Of a stretch of DNA of 64,000 bases, positions 9,433 to 19,943 are shown piece after piece. Origin of the DNA: an uncultured delta proteobacterium (GTDB lineage: Bacteria > Desulfobacterota > Binatia > UBA9968); assembly GCA_963737905.1 (NCBI GenBank), contig CAVTUQ010000005.1, positions 1 through 64,000 of the forward strand, given 5' to 3'. The translations under genes and the position numbers were made by a program. Under the pieces are notes generated by a model, which did not search any database, was not told the origin of the DNA, and saw only the letters and a list, made by a program, of their open reading frames with translations. The first letter of the stretch is position 1. Each line of letters begins with the position of its first letter.

Positions 9433-10608
9433 ATGAAGGGTGTTCTAGAGGGTATCAGAATCTTGGAGCTTGGCAATTTTATCTCGGGACCTTACGCGGC
9501 GGTGTTGCTTTCGGACATGGGGGCTGAGGTGATCAAAGTCGAAAATCCCAAGGGTGGCGATCCCTTTCGCGGCTGGGATCTGGGCGGTGACCAGCCGAAC
9601 TTTTGGGCGTTCAATCGCGGGAAGAAAAGCGTAACTTTAAATCTTCAAACTCCCGAAGGAAAAAAAGTTTTCTATCAATTGGTAAAAGACGCGGACGTTG
9701 TCATAGAAAACTATCGGCCGGGGGTTACGAAAAAGTTGGGAATAGATTATGAGACGTTGAAAAAGATAAACCCGCGGATTATCTGCTGCTCGATTACCGG
9801 CACCGGACCAACGGGACCTTACGTGCATCGTCCGGCCTATGACACCGTCGGACAGGGACTGGGCGGGATGTTGAGCGTCTTAATGGATCCCAAGGATCCC
9901 CGCCCCATCGGCCCGGCCTATGCGGACCACCTAAGTGGGCTCTATTCCGCTCTCGGCGTCCTCGGGGCCTTGGTTGCTCGCGCGAAGACCGGCAAGGGCC
10001 AACAGGTAGACGCGACGATGGCCGGGTCAGTGCTCGGTTTTCTCGGAGCGCCGGCGACCGAAACACTGGCCCACGGGCGGCCTCCCGGCCCTTATACGCG
10101 TCCAAGACAGTCTCAAACTTATGCTTTCTCGGGTTCGGATGGTTTGCCCTTCGCCATCCATCTATCGTCGCCGCAGAAATTCTGGGAAGGATTGTGCAAG
10201 TCGGTTGGACACCCCGAATTGATCGAAGATCCCCGTTTCAACACGCGTCCGAACCGCCGAAAAAATTACGACGAGCTGAGTAAAACCTTCGCGGAACTTT
10301 TCAAAGAAAAGCCTCGTACGTATTGGATGGAACAGCTTGAGGCCAACGATGTTCCCCACACGCCGGTTTATAACTTGGCGGAAGTTTTCCAGGATCCCCA
10401 GATCAAACACATGGGCCTGGAGATTCAAATCGATCGTAAAAACAAGCCCACTATTAAGACCGTAAAGTTCCCGGTGGAGTACAGCGACGATCAGATTCAA
10501 CATCCTGCGGCGCCGCCCGAGCTCGGCGAGCACAACAGCGAGTTTTTGAAGTCTCTCGGTTACGATCAGAAGAGGATGGAGGAGTTGAAGGAAAAGGGTA
10601 TAATCTGA
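9433..10608 (+). CDS. CaiB/BaiF family III CoA transferase
   Basis: GIRILELGNFISGPYA, NRGKKS, ENYRPG, RPAYD, PPELGEH; GAGGAG RBS. Confidence 0.95.
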   Translation: MKGVLEGIRILELGNFISGPYAAVLLSDMGAEVIKVENPKGGDPFRGWDLGGDQPNFWAFNRGKKSVTLNLQTPEGKKVFYQLVKDADVVIENYRPGVTKKLGIDYETLKKINPRIICCSITGTGPTGPYVHRPAYDTVGQGLGGMLSVLMDPKDPRPIGPAYADHLSGLYSALGVLGALVARAKTGKGQQVDATMAGSVLGFLGAPATETLAHGRPPGPYTRPRQSQTYAFSGSDGLPFAIHLSSPQKFWEGLCKSVGHPELIEDPRFNTRPNRRKNYDELSKTFAELFKEKPRTYWMEQLEANDVPHTPVYNLAEVFQDPQIKHMGLEIQIDRKNKPTIKTVKFPVEYSDDQIQHPAAPPELGEHNSEFLKSLGYDQKRMEELKEKGII

Positions 10609-10691
10609 GGTAAGAAGGCGCATCAAAAATAGATTGCAGCTCCGGGAAATCTTTTCCACAGCGACTCGGCAAAACCTCTCCTGGCAAACGC

Positions 10692-11160
10692 ATGAGATGG
10701 ATTGCTGTTTTTCTTCTCCTATTTTGTTCTAACGTTGGTTTGGCTGCAGAGAACCAACAGACGGATGCCGCCGTCGATAGACGCTTGGATGTCTTGTATG
10801 GCGAGCATCAAATTTATCGTCAGTTTTTCAATTTCCTAAAAAAGGCTATTGTCGGCCGGGACAAAGCTATGGTAGCCAAGCTGGTGAGCTACCCGCTATA
10901 CGTGATCCATAAAAGCCAAAACTTGATAGTGAAATCGGAGAGGGATTTTGTCGCCAGATACGGTCAGATCATCAATGATAGAGTGTACCCAAGCCGTAAA
11001 ATCCCAACAATACAAACATCTCTTCGCCGACTCTCGAGGATTGATGATCGGCCGAGGTGAAGTTTGGTTTTCAGGGATTTGCGTTGAGAAGACTCAGGCG
11101 AACCCCTGCTCTAAGGCGGTCGCGAAAATCGTCGGCATCAATCCGGACGCGCTGAGATGA
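10692..11160 (+). CDS. Secreted hypothetical protein (frameshift near 10990)
   Basis: Signal peptide MRWIAVFLLLFCSNVGLA; ORFs 10692-11060 and 10948-11160 join if one base is removed at gatagagtgtacccaa (DRV-TQAVK). Confidence 0.7.
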
Positions 11161-11265
11161 TGTAAGTCCTTCTCCGGTATTTAGGCTGATTGAAATGTAT
11201 TTCCGCTGCGGGTTGAATTGCGTTCACTGTGATCTCCCGAGTCATTACTCGTCTAGCTTTGAATA

Positions 11266-12444
11266 ATGACTCGCTATGATGTGATTATCGTCGGCGGCGG
11301 CGCCGCGGGCCTGATGTGCGCCATCGAGGCGGGCAAGCGCGGCCGGCGCGTGCTGGTCATCGAGCGCAGCGATCAAGTCGGCAAAAAGATTCTGATCTCC
11401 GGCGGCGGGCGCTGTAACTTCACCAACCTCCATGTAGCGCCGGATCATTTCATTTCCACCAACCCGCACTTCGCTAAATCCGCGCTAGCCCGCTATAGCC
11501 CGGAGGATTTTATCAGGATGGTCGAGCACCACGGGATCGCCTATCACGAGAAGGAACTCGGACAATTGTTTTGCGACCTGTCCGCGAAGTTGATCGTGCA
11601 GATGCTGGTGGACGAATGCCGGCAGGCCGGCGCCCGCATCGAAGTGGATTGCGTGGTAAGCCGAGTAGACAGAACCGGCAATGGCTTCGCCTTGAAAACC
11701 AACCGGGGTCCGGTGGATGCGGACGCATTGGTCGTCGCCAGCGGCGGTTTGTCGATTCCGAAGATGGGCGCCACCGGCTTCGGCTATGAGCTTGCCAAGC
11801 GGTTCGGTCACACCATCGTGGCTACGCGAGCTGCACTGGTACCATTGACACTCAGCGACAATGACTTGCCCAGATATCGTGAGCTAAGCGGTATCGGATT
11901 GCCGGTTGAAGCCGGTTCGAACGGCCACCACTTTGCCGGCCCCATGCTCTTCACTCATCGTGGCATCAGCGGCCCGGCGATCCTGCAGATATCTTCGTAT
12001 TGGCAGGCGGGACAGGATCTCCAAATAAACCTCATGCCAGCTAGAGATGTCTTTGAATGGCTGGCGGATCGACAGCGTGGCCGTCCCGACGCGGAGCTAA
12101 AGACCGTGCTCGGCGAATCGTTTCCAAAGCGGCTGGCGCAGCATCTATGCGAGTTGGCATTAGGCAACCAGCCGCTGCGCCAATATCGCGCGCCGGAATT
12201 GCAGGCGATCGCTGAACGCCTGCGGTGTTGGAAGTTTTACCCCAGCGGCACCGAGGGCTATCGCACCGCGGAGGTCACGCTTGGCGGGGTCAACACCGAC
12301 GAGCTTTCATCGACGACGATGGAGTCGAAGAAGGTGCGAGGTCTCTATTTCATCGGCGAGGTGGTCGATGTGACCGGCCATCTAGGCGGCTTCAATTTCC
12401 AATGGGCCTGGGCCTCCGGTCATGCGGCTGGGCAGGTGGTTTGA
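11266..12444 (+). CDS. HI0933/YhiN (BaiN-like) FAD-dependent oxidoreductase
   Basis: GGGAAGL, KILISGGGRCNFTN, LFTHRGISGPAIL, GGFNFQWAWASG. Confidence 0.95.
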   Translation: MTRYDVIIVGGGAAGLMCAIEAGKRGRRVLVIERSDQVGKKILISGGGRCNFTNLHVAPDHFISTNPHFAKSALARYSPEDFIRMVEHHGIAYHEKELGQLFCDLSAKLIVQMLVDECRQAGARIEVDCVVSRVDRTGNGFALKTNRGPVDADALVVASGGLSIPKMGATGFGYELAKRFGHTIVATRAALVPLTLSDNDLPRYRELSGIGLPVEAGSNGHHFAGPMLFTHRGISGPAILQISSYWQAGQDLQINLMPARDVFEWLADRQRGRPDAELKTVLGESFPKRLAQHLCELALGNQPLRQYRAPELQAIAERLRCWKFYPSGTEGYRTAEVTLGGVNTDELSSTTMESKKVRGLYFIGEVVDVTGHLGGFNFQWAWASGHAAGQVV

Positions 12445-12639
12445 TGCTCGAGTTTATATATTTTGCAAGCTTTCGCCGGGGCAAGAGAATCTCTACGGCA
12501 ATTCGGTAAATGTAATGTCGATCCGGTATTATAAATAATTCGGATGGTTATTGACCGAGCATGTAACAGTTTTGTAGTGGACAATTGATGTCCAACCATG
12601 ACTGTTCGTCCACCGTCAATGCCAGATTCGATATTTGCC

Positions 12640-13374
12640 ATGCATAAACATACCCGTCCAAGCTCGACGTTCCTTCCGAGAGGGCTCGTGATGCTTCACG
12701 AAGACAGGGATATTCTCGTGGTCGATAAGCCAGCGGGCCTTTTGACGATGGGTACGGATAGCGACAAAACACGCACGGCCTATTTTATTTTGACAGATTA
12801 TGTCCGTAAGGGTTACAGCAAGTCCCGGAACCGTATTTTCATCGTTCACCGGCTGGATCGGGAGACATCAGGGATACTGATCTTTGCGAAGAACCCAGAG
12901 GCGAAGGTCTGTTTACAGGATCAATGGAAGGAAACGCAGAAGAAGTATCTGGCGGTCGTTCATGGTCGATGTGATAAAAAGGCTGAGACGATAACGACAT
13001 ACCTGGGGGAAAACAAAGCCCACATCGTGTACTCTACGTCCGACGCCACAAAAGGAAGATTGGCCCGGACAGCGTATAGAGTACTCAAGCAGACGAAAGA
13101 CTTTGCTCTACTAGAAGTTGCTCTGTTGACGGGTAGGAAGCACCAGATACGCGTCCATCTCGCCTGTATCGGGCATGCGGTCGTCGGCGATAGGAAATAC
13201 GGAAAGAGGGATGGCGGCCATGGGCGTTTGGCCCTCCACGCGAAATCGATTTCTTTCAATCACCCTTTTAGTGGCGAGCGGCTTACTTTTGAAACGGAAG
13301 TGCCGGTGTACTTCAACCAGTTAGTGGGCTACGTTACTGATTGTCCAGTTCCTTCGCCAAGAAATTCGCCGTAA
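12640..13374 (+). CDS. RluA-family pseudouridine synthase
   Basis: VVDKPAGL, catalytic VHRLDRETSG, TGRKHQIRVH, GDRKYG, LALHA. Confidence 0.93.
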   Translation: MHKHTRPSSTFLPRGLVMLHEDRDILVVDKPAGLLTMGTDSDKTRTAYFILTDYVRKGYSKSRNRIFIVHRLDRETSGILIFAKNPEAKVCLQDQWKETQKKYLAVVHGRCDKKAETITTYLGENKAHIVYSTSDATKGRLARTAYRVLKQTKDFALLEVALLTGRKHQIRVHLACIGHAVVGDRKYGKRDGGHGRLALHAKSISFNHPFSGERLTFETEVPVYFNQLVGYVTDCPVPSPRNSP

Positions 13375-14044
13375 GGCCCCAGGCCGATTCGGCTAGCAGA
13401 GGGTCGTAGCATTCGCCGTCGGCCATAGCGAATCCGTGGCCGACGCGGTGGAAGAAGTGCCAATCCAGCGGTTGGCCGTTAGATTGCAAACTCGCCATTA
13501 ACTGTTGCTGCACCGCTATACTGGCTACGTGATCGTGCGCGCCGAAAAATATCTGCGATGGGCATTTGAAATCCTTAACTGCGTCATTGGGGTGGCGTGG
13601 TCTCAACGGGCTGGGTCCTTCCTCGCGGACTGACGGATAATAGCCGACGAAAGCCCGAACGCTCGGGGTAGCGGCGACGAAATGGATGCCGATGCGCCCG
13701 CCCATGCAGTAGCCGACCACGGCGCAGCGTTTGCTGTCGACTTCGGGTCTGGTCGTTAAATAACGCCAGCTTTTGTTAAGCACTTCGAGGAATTGTCCGT
13801 CGGTGGTTTTCTTTTGCGCTTCGTGCACACCGTCAGATTCACCGAGCATCTTATAAAGATCGGGTACGATTGTTGAGTAACCGAGCTTGGCGTAGTTACA
13901 AACATTGACTTTCATGTTTCCTGTAACCCCAAAATGATGGTGCACGATCAACACGCCGGGGCCGGGCTCTTTGCGTTCCGGGTGCGCTATGTAACCGGGG
14001 ATGCCATCGTGCTCGGGCGAAAGGTCGCGGTTAATGATCTTCAT
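13334..14044 (-). CDS. Dienelactone hydrolase family protein
   Basis: Nucleophile motif GYCMGG, and HGF. Confidence 0.92.
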   Translation of the reverse strand: MKIINRDLSPEHDGIPGYIAHPERKEPGPGVLIVHHHFGVTGNMKVNVCNYAKLGYSTIVPDLYKMLGESDGVHEAQKKTTDGQFLEVLNKSWRYLTTRPEVDSKRCAVVGYCMGGRIGIHFVAATPSVRAFVGYYPSVREEGPSPLRPRHPNDAVKDFKCPSQIFFGAHDHVASIAVQQQLMASLQSNGQPLDWHFFHRVGHGFAMADGECYDPLLAESAWGLTANFLAKELDNQ

Positions 14045-14169
14045 CTTCTCAGTCCTCCGTTGCGAGTCACCTCAGCGCACCTGTTATTACGATTCGAGTA
14101 AAAACTCAACCGCGTGATGCTGAACCCAGTGGAAAACATGATCATACTCTTTCAGGAAGCTCGCCACTT

Positions 14170-15021
14170 TCAACCCTGTGGTGGCAGCGGCCAATCCAAC
14201 CATCGAGCGATGCCGGCCCCAAGAATCCATTCTTTGTCGCCGTCTGAGAGAAATTTCAGCTCTTCGGTAAACAAAGTCAGGCATTGCTTGTATGGACAAG
14301 TTAAATGAGAGAGATCCGTGCCCCAAAAACAGCGGCGCGGTTCGAAAGCCTCGACCACACGACGAATCAGAGCGTGAAGAGTCGGAAACGGGTAGGGTTC
14401 GTCGACGTAGCAGGGCAAGGCGGAGACTTTCACCGCGACATTTTTTAAACGCGCCAGCTTAAGCAGGTTCTCCACGGCGCCATCCAGCGGCTTGCCGCGG
14501 AGTGCTGAGCTGAGACCCATGTGGTCGATAATGAGACGCAATCCCGGGTGGTGCTCGGCGACCTCGCCGAGCTTCGGCACGGCTTGGGGCGCAAAAGCCA
14601 TCACTGGAACGTCATAGCGCTCGGCTGCGTCCCAAAACCAGTCGGCAGTACCGTCTTCCAGCCACAAGGACGCTCGGCCCTGGTGAAAAGCCGTACGTAT
14701 CCCCAACATGCCTGGTTGGTTTTTCCATTTGGGCAACAACTCGCGGCTTTCCGGTTTGTCGATGGCTATTCGACCCATAACCGCAAACCGATCGGGATAC
14801 AATCGCGCCGCTAGGAGTGACTCCTCATTACTAAACCCTTCCCACGTCGGCGGCACGCAGACCGTTCGATAGACGCCATTAGTATCCATTACCTGCAGCA
14901 GTTCCTCGTGGCGCAGCGGTACGGATCGATGAGGCTTGGAAGCATTTTCCGTAAAGTAGGGCTTATCGGGGGTTTCCGGTCCCCAGATGTGGACTTGTGA
15001 GTCGATGATGATCATAGCCAT
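14170..15021 (-). CDS. Amidohydrolase_2 family protein (lactonase-like)
   Basis: IDSQVHIW, IIDHMG, VKVSA, WGTD. Confidence 0.88.
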   Translation of the reverse strand: MAMIIIDSQVHIWGPETPDKPYFTENASKPHRSVPLRHEELLQVMDTNGVYRTVCVPPTWEGFSNEESLLAARLYPDRFAVMGRIAIDKPESRELLPKWKNQPGMLGIRTAFHQGRASLWLEDGTADWFWDAAERYDVPVMAFAPQAVPKLGEVAEHHPGLRLIIDHMGLSSALRGKPLDGAVENLLKLARLKNVAVKVSALPCYVDEPYPFPTLHALIRRVVEAFEPRRCFWGTDLSHLTCPYKQCLTLFTEELKFLSDGDKEWILGAGIARWLDWPLPPQG

Positions 15022-15103
15022 ATTATGGTCTCCTGAATCCCAAAGCTTGGACGAGTTCGTCGATGCTTGACTGATAGTCCGATTGGCCTGCAGGCGTCAA
15101 GAA

Positions 15104-15132
15104 GTAGGGGCGGGTTTAAAACCCGCCCCTGC
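15104..15132. repeat. GTAG-type REP hairpin, possibly terminating hemY
   Basis: gtaggggcgggttt-a-aaacccgcccctgc just past the hemY stop. Confidence 0.65.
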
Positions 15133-15140
15133 ACTGAAAG

Positions 15141-16557
15141 CTAGTTGACGATTTTTTCCGCCGCCTCTTCGCCGGTGCGGACGCAGTCGGCAATGCCGAC
15201 TCCATGATAGGCATTGCCGGCGAGAGCGAGATTTGGGAACTCAGCCAGCTGCGCTTCAATTCGCTCAATGCGGGCTTGATGCCCAAGATGATATTGCGGC
15301 ATGGAGTTTGGATGACGCCAGACCCGCGAGAAGACGGGTTCAGCGACGACGCCCAGCAAGCGTGCGAGTTCGTCACGCACATTTTTCTCCATGGTGGCGT
15401 CGTCGTCTTGAAATAATTGTCGGTTGCAGACTCCCTCCGACAAAGGCCCGCAGCAGTACATGGCCTTCCGGCGCTCTACCGGGATATTTCAAACTGCTGA
15501 AAGTGCAGGCCATGATTTTTCTCGACTCCACCGCTGGCACGACGAAGCCAAAGCTGTCGAGCGGGCGGGGAAAGTCTTTTTGCCGGAACGCGAGATTGAC
15601 CGTTGCAGTAGATGCACAGGTGATCTGCTTCAAATCATCGGCAGCGCCGGAAGCAAAGCCGCCAAGCAACTCTGCGGTTTGGAACGAAGGAGTTGCGAGA
15701 ATGACACCGTTCGCTTCAAGGCTTTCGTTCCCGCCGGTCGTAACCTTCCAGAGATTCTTATCTATATCCCGGATCAGTCCCGCGATTGGAGTATTCAAGC
15801 GCACACATCCCTCGGGAAGCCGGCTTACGATCCGGTCCACCCATTCCTGCATGCCGCCTGCGAGGGTGACGAACAGACTCCAACGGGCGCCACTGCCAGC
15901 CTCGCGATTGCGAGCGCGCCGCCTTTGCTCGGAAACCATCGAGAGAATAATGCTGCGATGGGCACGTTCCATTTCCTTGAAACGCGGCAGGGTGGCGCTA
16001 AGGCTGAGTTTGTCGGGATCCGCCGCATAGATGCCGCCGACGAGGGGTTGCGCTACTCGATCTAAAGCTTCTGCGCCAAAGCGCCGCCGGACGAAAGCTC
16101 CCAGGCTCTCATCACCGTTCAGAGCGCCACGCGGCAGAAAAATCTCGGCGGCCATTCTGAGTTTGCCGGCCAATGAAAAAAGTGGCGTCCGTGCGAAAGG
16201 CCAGAAGCGCGTCGGCGCGAGCAAGAAAAAGCCTTCCGGAAGAGGTTCCAATCTGCCGTCATGGACAACGTAGATCTTTTGATACGCCGCTTGGGTTGAT
16301 ACCAGGCGTGAAGTGAGGCCCAAGCGCTCGCACAGACGAAGCGCCCAAGGCTTTTCGGTAATGAAGGAATCCGGGCCGGCTTCGACGATGAAATCTCCAA
16401 CGCGCTCCGTCGCGATGGTCCCGCCAAGTCGAGCGGATGCTTCGAGCAGCAGCACTTCGATATCAAGAGAATTCTGTCTTTTTTCAGCTCGATGAGGCGG
16501 TGCGTTGCGGCGAGCCCAGCGATGCCGCCACCGACCACGATGATGCGGCGAGTTCAT
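15141..16557 (-). CDS. hemY: HemY-type proto/coproporphyrinogen oxidase (three apparent frameshifts)
   Basis: VVGGGIAGLAA, EASARLGG, EAGPDSF, GFGFVVP-like SFGFVVP, MPQYHLGH, GVGIADC; split across ORFs 16119-16538, 15373-16557 and 15141-15461. Confidence 0.9.
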
Positions 16558-16566
16558 GACTCGACC

Positions 16567-16632
16567 GATCGAGGATGGATGATAGAGAATAGAGGATTGC
16601 GATCTTCCATCCTCTATCCTCGATCCTCGACT
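16567..16632. repeat. GATCGAG/GATAGAG/GATGGAA heptamer hairpin at hemH-hemY junction
   Basis: gatcgaggatggatgatagagaatagaggattgcgatcttccatcctctatcctcgatcctcga. Confidence 0.85.
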
Positions 16633-17555
16633 TTCATTCCTTCTTCAATGACTTCAGCGATCATCCGGATGAAAATGGGGTGATCGTTGGGACAACTTGC
16701 TCGCAGAAAACGCACGCCGTGATCTTCAGCGATTTTCTTGGCCTCGATGTCGAGGTCATAGAGCACCTCGACATGGTCGCAAACAAAACCGATGGGCGCG
16801 ACGATAACTTCTTTGCGCCCCTCGGCGGCTAGTTTTCGAATGGCGTCACCGATGTCGGGTTCGAGCCAAGGGTCGGTGGGTTTGCCGCTGCGGCTTTGAT
16901 AGGCGATTGACCAGCGTTCATGGCCAAGCTTTGCAGCGATCAAGCGCGCCGTAACCTCAAGCTGTTCGACATACGGGGAACGAGATGCCATCGCCGTGGG
17001 AAGGCTGTGCGCGGTGAAAATGAGGTCTGTGCTCAAGCGCTTGTCGGCCGGAATGTCAGCAAAGGTCGCTTGAATGAGCTCTGCCCAGGCTTGGATAAAA
17101 AGGGGATGATCGTGCCATCCGGGACAGTAATCGACTTGCGCTGCTTCAGGACCCAATTCCACGAGCGCATCGGCGATATTCTTCTGATAGCGATCCCAAC
17201 TCGCCTCGGTTCGGTGGGGCGAGAGGATAAATCCCAAAGCCCGTCGGATTTTATCGTTCGCCATTCGTCTGAGCGTTTCGACAAAAAGGGGATTGGCGTT
17301 GCGCATGCCCACGTATACCGGCAATGGTCGGTAGTTTTCCTTCAGAGCATTCTCTAAAGCTTCCGCCTGGCGAAAGGTGATTTCGTTGAGGGGCGATTTG
17401 CCGCCGACGGCTTCATAGTGATTAACGACTTCCTCGAGGCGTTCGGGCGGGACAGGAACGCCTTTCGTGACGCGCGCCAGGAACGGGCGGATCTCTTCGG
17501 GTCCAGTCGGGCCGCCGAAGGCGATCAGCAGAACGGCGTCGTAGAACAAACTCAT
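16614..17555 (-). CDS. hemH: Ferrochelatase (HemH/CpfC)
   Basis: LLIAFGGP, GGKSPL, FTAHSLP, YQSRSG..WLEPD, GFVCDHVEVLYDLD. Confidence 0.96.
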   Translation of the reverse strand: MSLFYDAVLLIAFGGPTGPEEIRPFLARVTKGVPVPPERLEEVVNHYEAVGGKSPLNEITFRQAEALENALKENYRPLPVYVGMRNANPLFVETLRRMANDKIRRALGFILSPHRTEASWDRYQKNIADALVELGPEAAQVDYCPGWHDHPLFIQAWAELIQATFADIPADKRLSTDLIFTAHSLPTAMASRSPYVEQLEVTARLIAAKLGHERWSIAYQSRSGKPTDPWLEPDIGDAIRKLAAEGRKEVIVAPIGFVCDHVEVLYDLDIEAKKIAEDHGVRFLRASCPNDHPIFIRMIAEVIEEGMKVEDRG

Positions 17556-17564
17556 TGCTGGACA

Positions 17565-17601
17565 ACCCTCACCCTACCCTCTCCCGCAAACGGGCGAGGG
17601 T
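17565..17601. repeat. REP-like hairpin (CCCTCACC family)
   Basis: accctcaccctaccctctcccgcaaacgggcgagggt between hemE and hemH. Confidence 0.7.
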
Positions 17602-17630
17602 TCGAAATAGGAAGGTTTAAATTGAGTTCT

Positions 17631-18668
17631 TCACCCGGAGCTGAGCTCATGCACCGCTTCGACCATTGCGATCACATTCTCCACCGGCGTTTCAGGTAAA
17701 ACGCCATGACCTAGGTTGAAAATGTGCCCGGGCCTGCCACCGGCGCGCCGAAGAATTTCAGCGACCCGCCGACGGATTTCCCTGGGAGCGGCAAGAAGCG
17801 CGGCCGGGTCTAGATTTCCTTGGATCCCAATATCATGTCCCAAGGAATCCCAGGCCTCATCAAGGTTGACCCGCCAGTCCACTCCGATGACATCGCCTCC
17901 GGCAGCGCGGACAGACTTGAGGAATCCGCCGGTCCCGGTGCTGAAGTGGATGACTGGAACGCCCGGAGTCAAGCCCGTAATAGTGGCCCGCGTATGGGGA
18001 AGAACGAATCTCTCGTAGTCGTCGGGGGACAAACAACCCGCCCAGCTGTCGAAAAGCTGCACGGCTTGGGCTCCCGCCGCTATCTGAGCGTTTAGATATT
18101 GGGTGGTGAGAGAGGAAAGTCGCTCCATCAATCCGCGCCAGGCACCGGGATTCGAATAGATGAGTTTCTTGGTTTTTAAATAGTTGCGGGAGCCGCCGCC
18201 CTCGATGAGATAAGAGGCGAGGGTAAAGGGTGCGCCGGCAAATCCAATGAGCGGCACCTTGCCGTTCAGGGCGGCGCAAGCCTTGCGCGCGGCCTCGAAG
18301 ACAAACGGAAGAGCTTCCCGCGGATCAAATTCAATCAGCTGCTCAACATGGGTTCTGCTGCTAACCTGGTTGTGGATCACGGGCCCATCGCCTTTTGTAT
18401 ATTCGAGCCCCACACCCATGGGTTCGAGCAAGAGCAGGATGTCGGCGAACAGGATCGCCGCGTCCACTCCCAGACGCTCAACCGGCGTCACCGTGATCTC
18501 GGCGGCGAGGTCGGGTCTTTTGCAGAGTTCGAGGAAATCGTGTTGCGCCCGCAGCTTGCGGTATTCCTCCATGTAGCGTCCAGCCTGGCGCATGAGCCAT
18601 ACGGGCGTATAAGGAGTTTTCTCGCGGCGGCAGGCAGCGAGAAAAGGATGAGGGGTTGGGGTCGCCAT
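17631..18668 (-). CDS. hemE: Uroporphyrinogen decarboxylase
   Basis: PVWLMRQAGRY, IGFAGAPFTLASY, QLFDSW, QGNLDP, HIFNLGHG. Confidence 0.98.
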   Translation of the reverse strand: MATPTPHPFLAACRREKTPYTPVWLMRQAGRYMEEYRKLRAQHDFLELCKRPDLAAEITVTPVERLGVDAAILFADILLLLEPMGVGLEYTKGDGPVIHNQVSSRTHVEQLIEFDPREALPFVFEAARKACAALNGKVPLIGFAGAPFTLASYLIEGGGSRNYLKTKKLIYSNPGAWRGLMERLSSLTTQYLNAQIAAGAQAVQLFDSWAGCLSPDDYERFVLPHTRATITGLTPGVPVIHFSTGTGGFLKSVRAAGGDVIGVDWRVNLDEAWDSLGHDIGIQGNLDPAALLAAPREIRRRVAEILRRAGGRPGHIFNLGHGVLPETPVENVIAMVEAVHELSSG

Positions 18669-18707
18669 GCTGGATTGTCAGAACAGTAAGGAGCTTTGAA
18701 GGGAAAA

Positions 18708-19829
18708 TCAACCAGCACGATTGCGCGGCGTGGCCGCCCCGATCGCATCATCCCCATATTTACGGCGCAGCTCGTCGATGCCTTTGTATAGCTGCTCGTA
18801 GGCGCTACGTTTATCCCGATCTAAGAGCGGCTCCTGCCAACCGGAGCTTTGCAGCGCGCTGGTGCTTACCCCGAGGAGCCGCACGGCTCTCGCCCGACCG
18901 ACATTTTGCCTTAACAGATCGCTTACGATTTCGAAGATCTCTTTGTCGAAGCAGGTCGGAGCGGGCAGGGTACGGGAGCGTGTGATGGTATGAAAGTTGG
19001 CGTAGCGGATCTTTACGGTTAAACAGCGAGCGAAAAGCCCTTCACCGCGCAATCTGCCGCCTACTTCTTCTACCAGCTCCCAAAGGATTTTTTCCATCTG
19101 GGCGATTTCGATAACCGGCTTATCCAGAGTCGTCTCATTGCCGATGGAATGGTCGTGGGGGCGATGTCGTTCGGACGACGCGCCCAAATCCAGATAGCGC
19201 GCGGTCAATTCTTCACGTCCTAACAAATCACCGATGGTTTTTATGCTCTTCTGATTGAGCGCCTTGTGTGTTTTTGGGCCGACGCCTGGAATCATTTCTA
19301 CCGCCAGCGGCGCAAGAAAATCTTCTTCCGAACCGGCTGGGACATAAATCAGTCCGTGGGGTTTGGCTAGGGTCGCAGCAATTTTTGACGTAACTTTACT
19401 CGTGGAGAGGCCGGCGGATGACGGCAATCCCACCTCGGTTTCGATGCGGCGAATGATCGCATCAGCGGTCTTGAGCGGCGGACCGAAGAGCCGGTCGGTG
19501 CCGGTGAGATCAACCAGGGCTTCGTCAATGGAGAGCCCATGGACCGCGGGGGAATATCGCTCCAAGATTGTAAAGACCCTTGCGGAGAATTCCGAGTAGA
19601 CTCGGCGGCGATTCGGCAGAAAAATGCCATCGGGGCAAAGTCTCCTGGCTTGAAAGCCAGGCATCGCTGAATGGACACCAAATTTTCGCGCTTCGTAAGA
19701 AGCTGAAGTGACGACACCGCGGCCGCTGCGGCCGCCGACGATTACGGGTTTGCCTTTGAGACTTGGATCAAGCACTTGCTCCACGGAGGCGAAGAACGCA
19801 TCCATGTCGATATGGAGATACCAGGCCAT
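18708..19829 (-). CDS. dinB: DNA polymerase IV
   Basis: HIDMDAFFASVE, ASYEARKFGVHSAM, SIDEA, IPGVGPKT, little-finger VRLLGV. Confidence 0.95.
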   Translation of the reverse strand: MAWYLHIDMDAFFASVEQVLDPSLKGKPVIVGGRSGRGVVTSASYEARKFGVHSAMPGFQARRLCPDGIFLPNRRRVYSEFSARVFTILERYSPAVHGLSIDEALVDLTGTDRLFGPPLKTADAIIRRIETEVGLPSSAGLSTSKVTSKIAATLAKPHGLIYVPAGSEEDFLAPLAVEMIPGVGPKTHKALNQKSIKTIGDLLGREELTARYLDLGASSERHRPHDHSIGNETTLDKPVIEIAQMEKILWELVEEVGGRLRGEGLFARCLTVKIRYANFHTITRSRTLPAPTCFDKEIFEIVSDLLRQNVGRARAVRLLGVSTSALQSSGWQEPLLDRDKRSAYEQLYKGIDELRRKYGDDAIGAATPRNRAG

Positions 19830-19902
19830 TATTGATCGTCCGTCGCTCGATTGCGGAGAGTAGTGAGGCAGGCCGGTTCCTGTCAAGAGGCGAGAGGTTG
19901 TT

Positions 19903-19943
19903 GTTCCAACGGTTCAAGCAGCTCAAAAAGTTCAAGAGCTCAA
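19903..19943. repeat. Nonamer-periodic GTTCAA array
   Basis: gttccaacg-gttcaagca-gctcaaaaa-gttcaaga-gctcaa. Confidence 0.6.
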
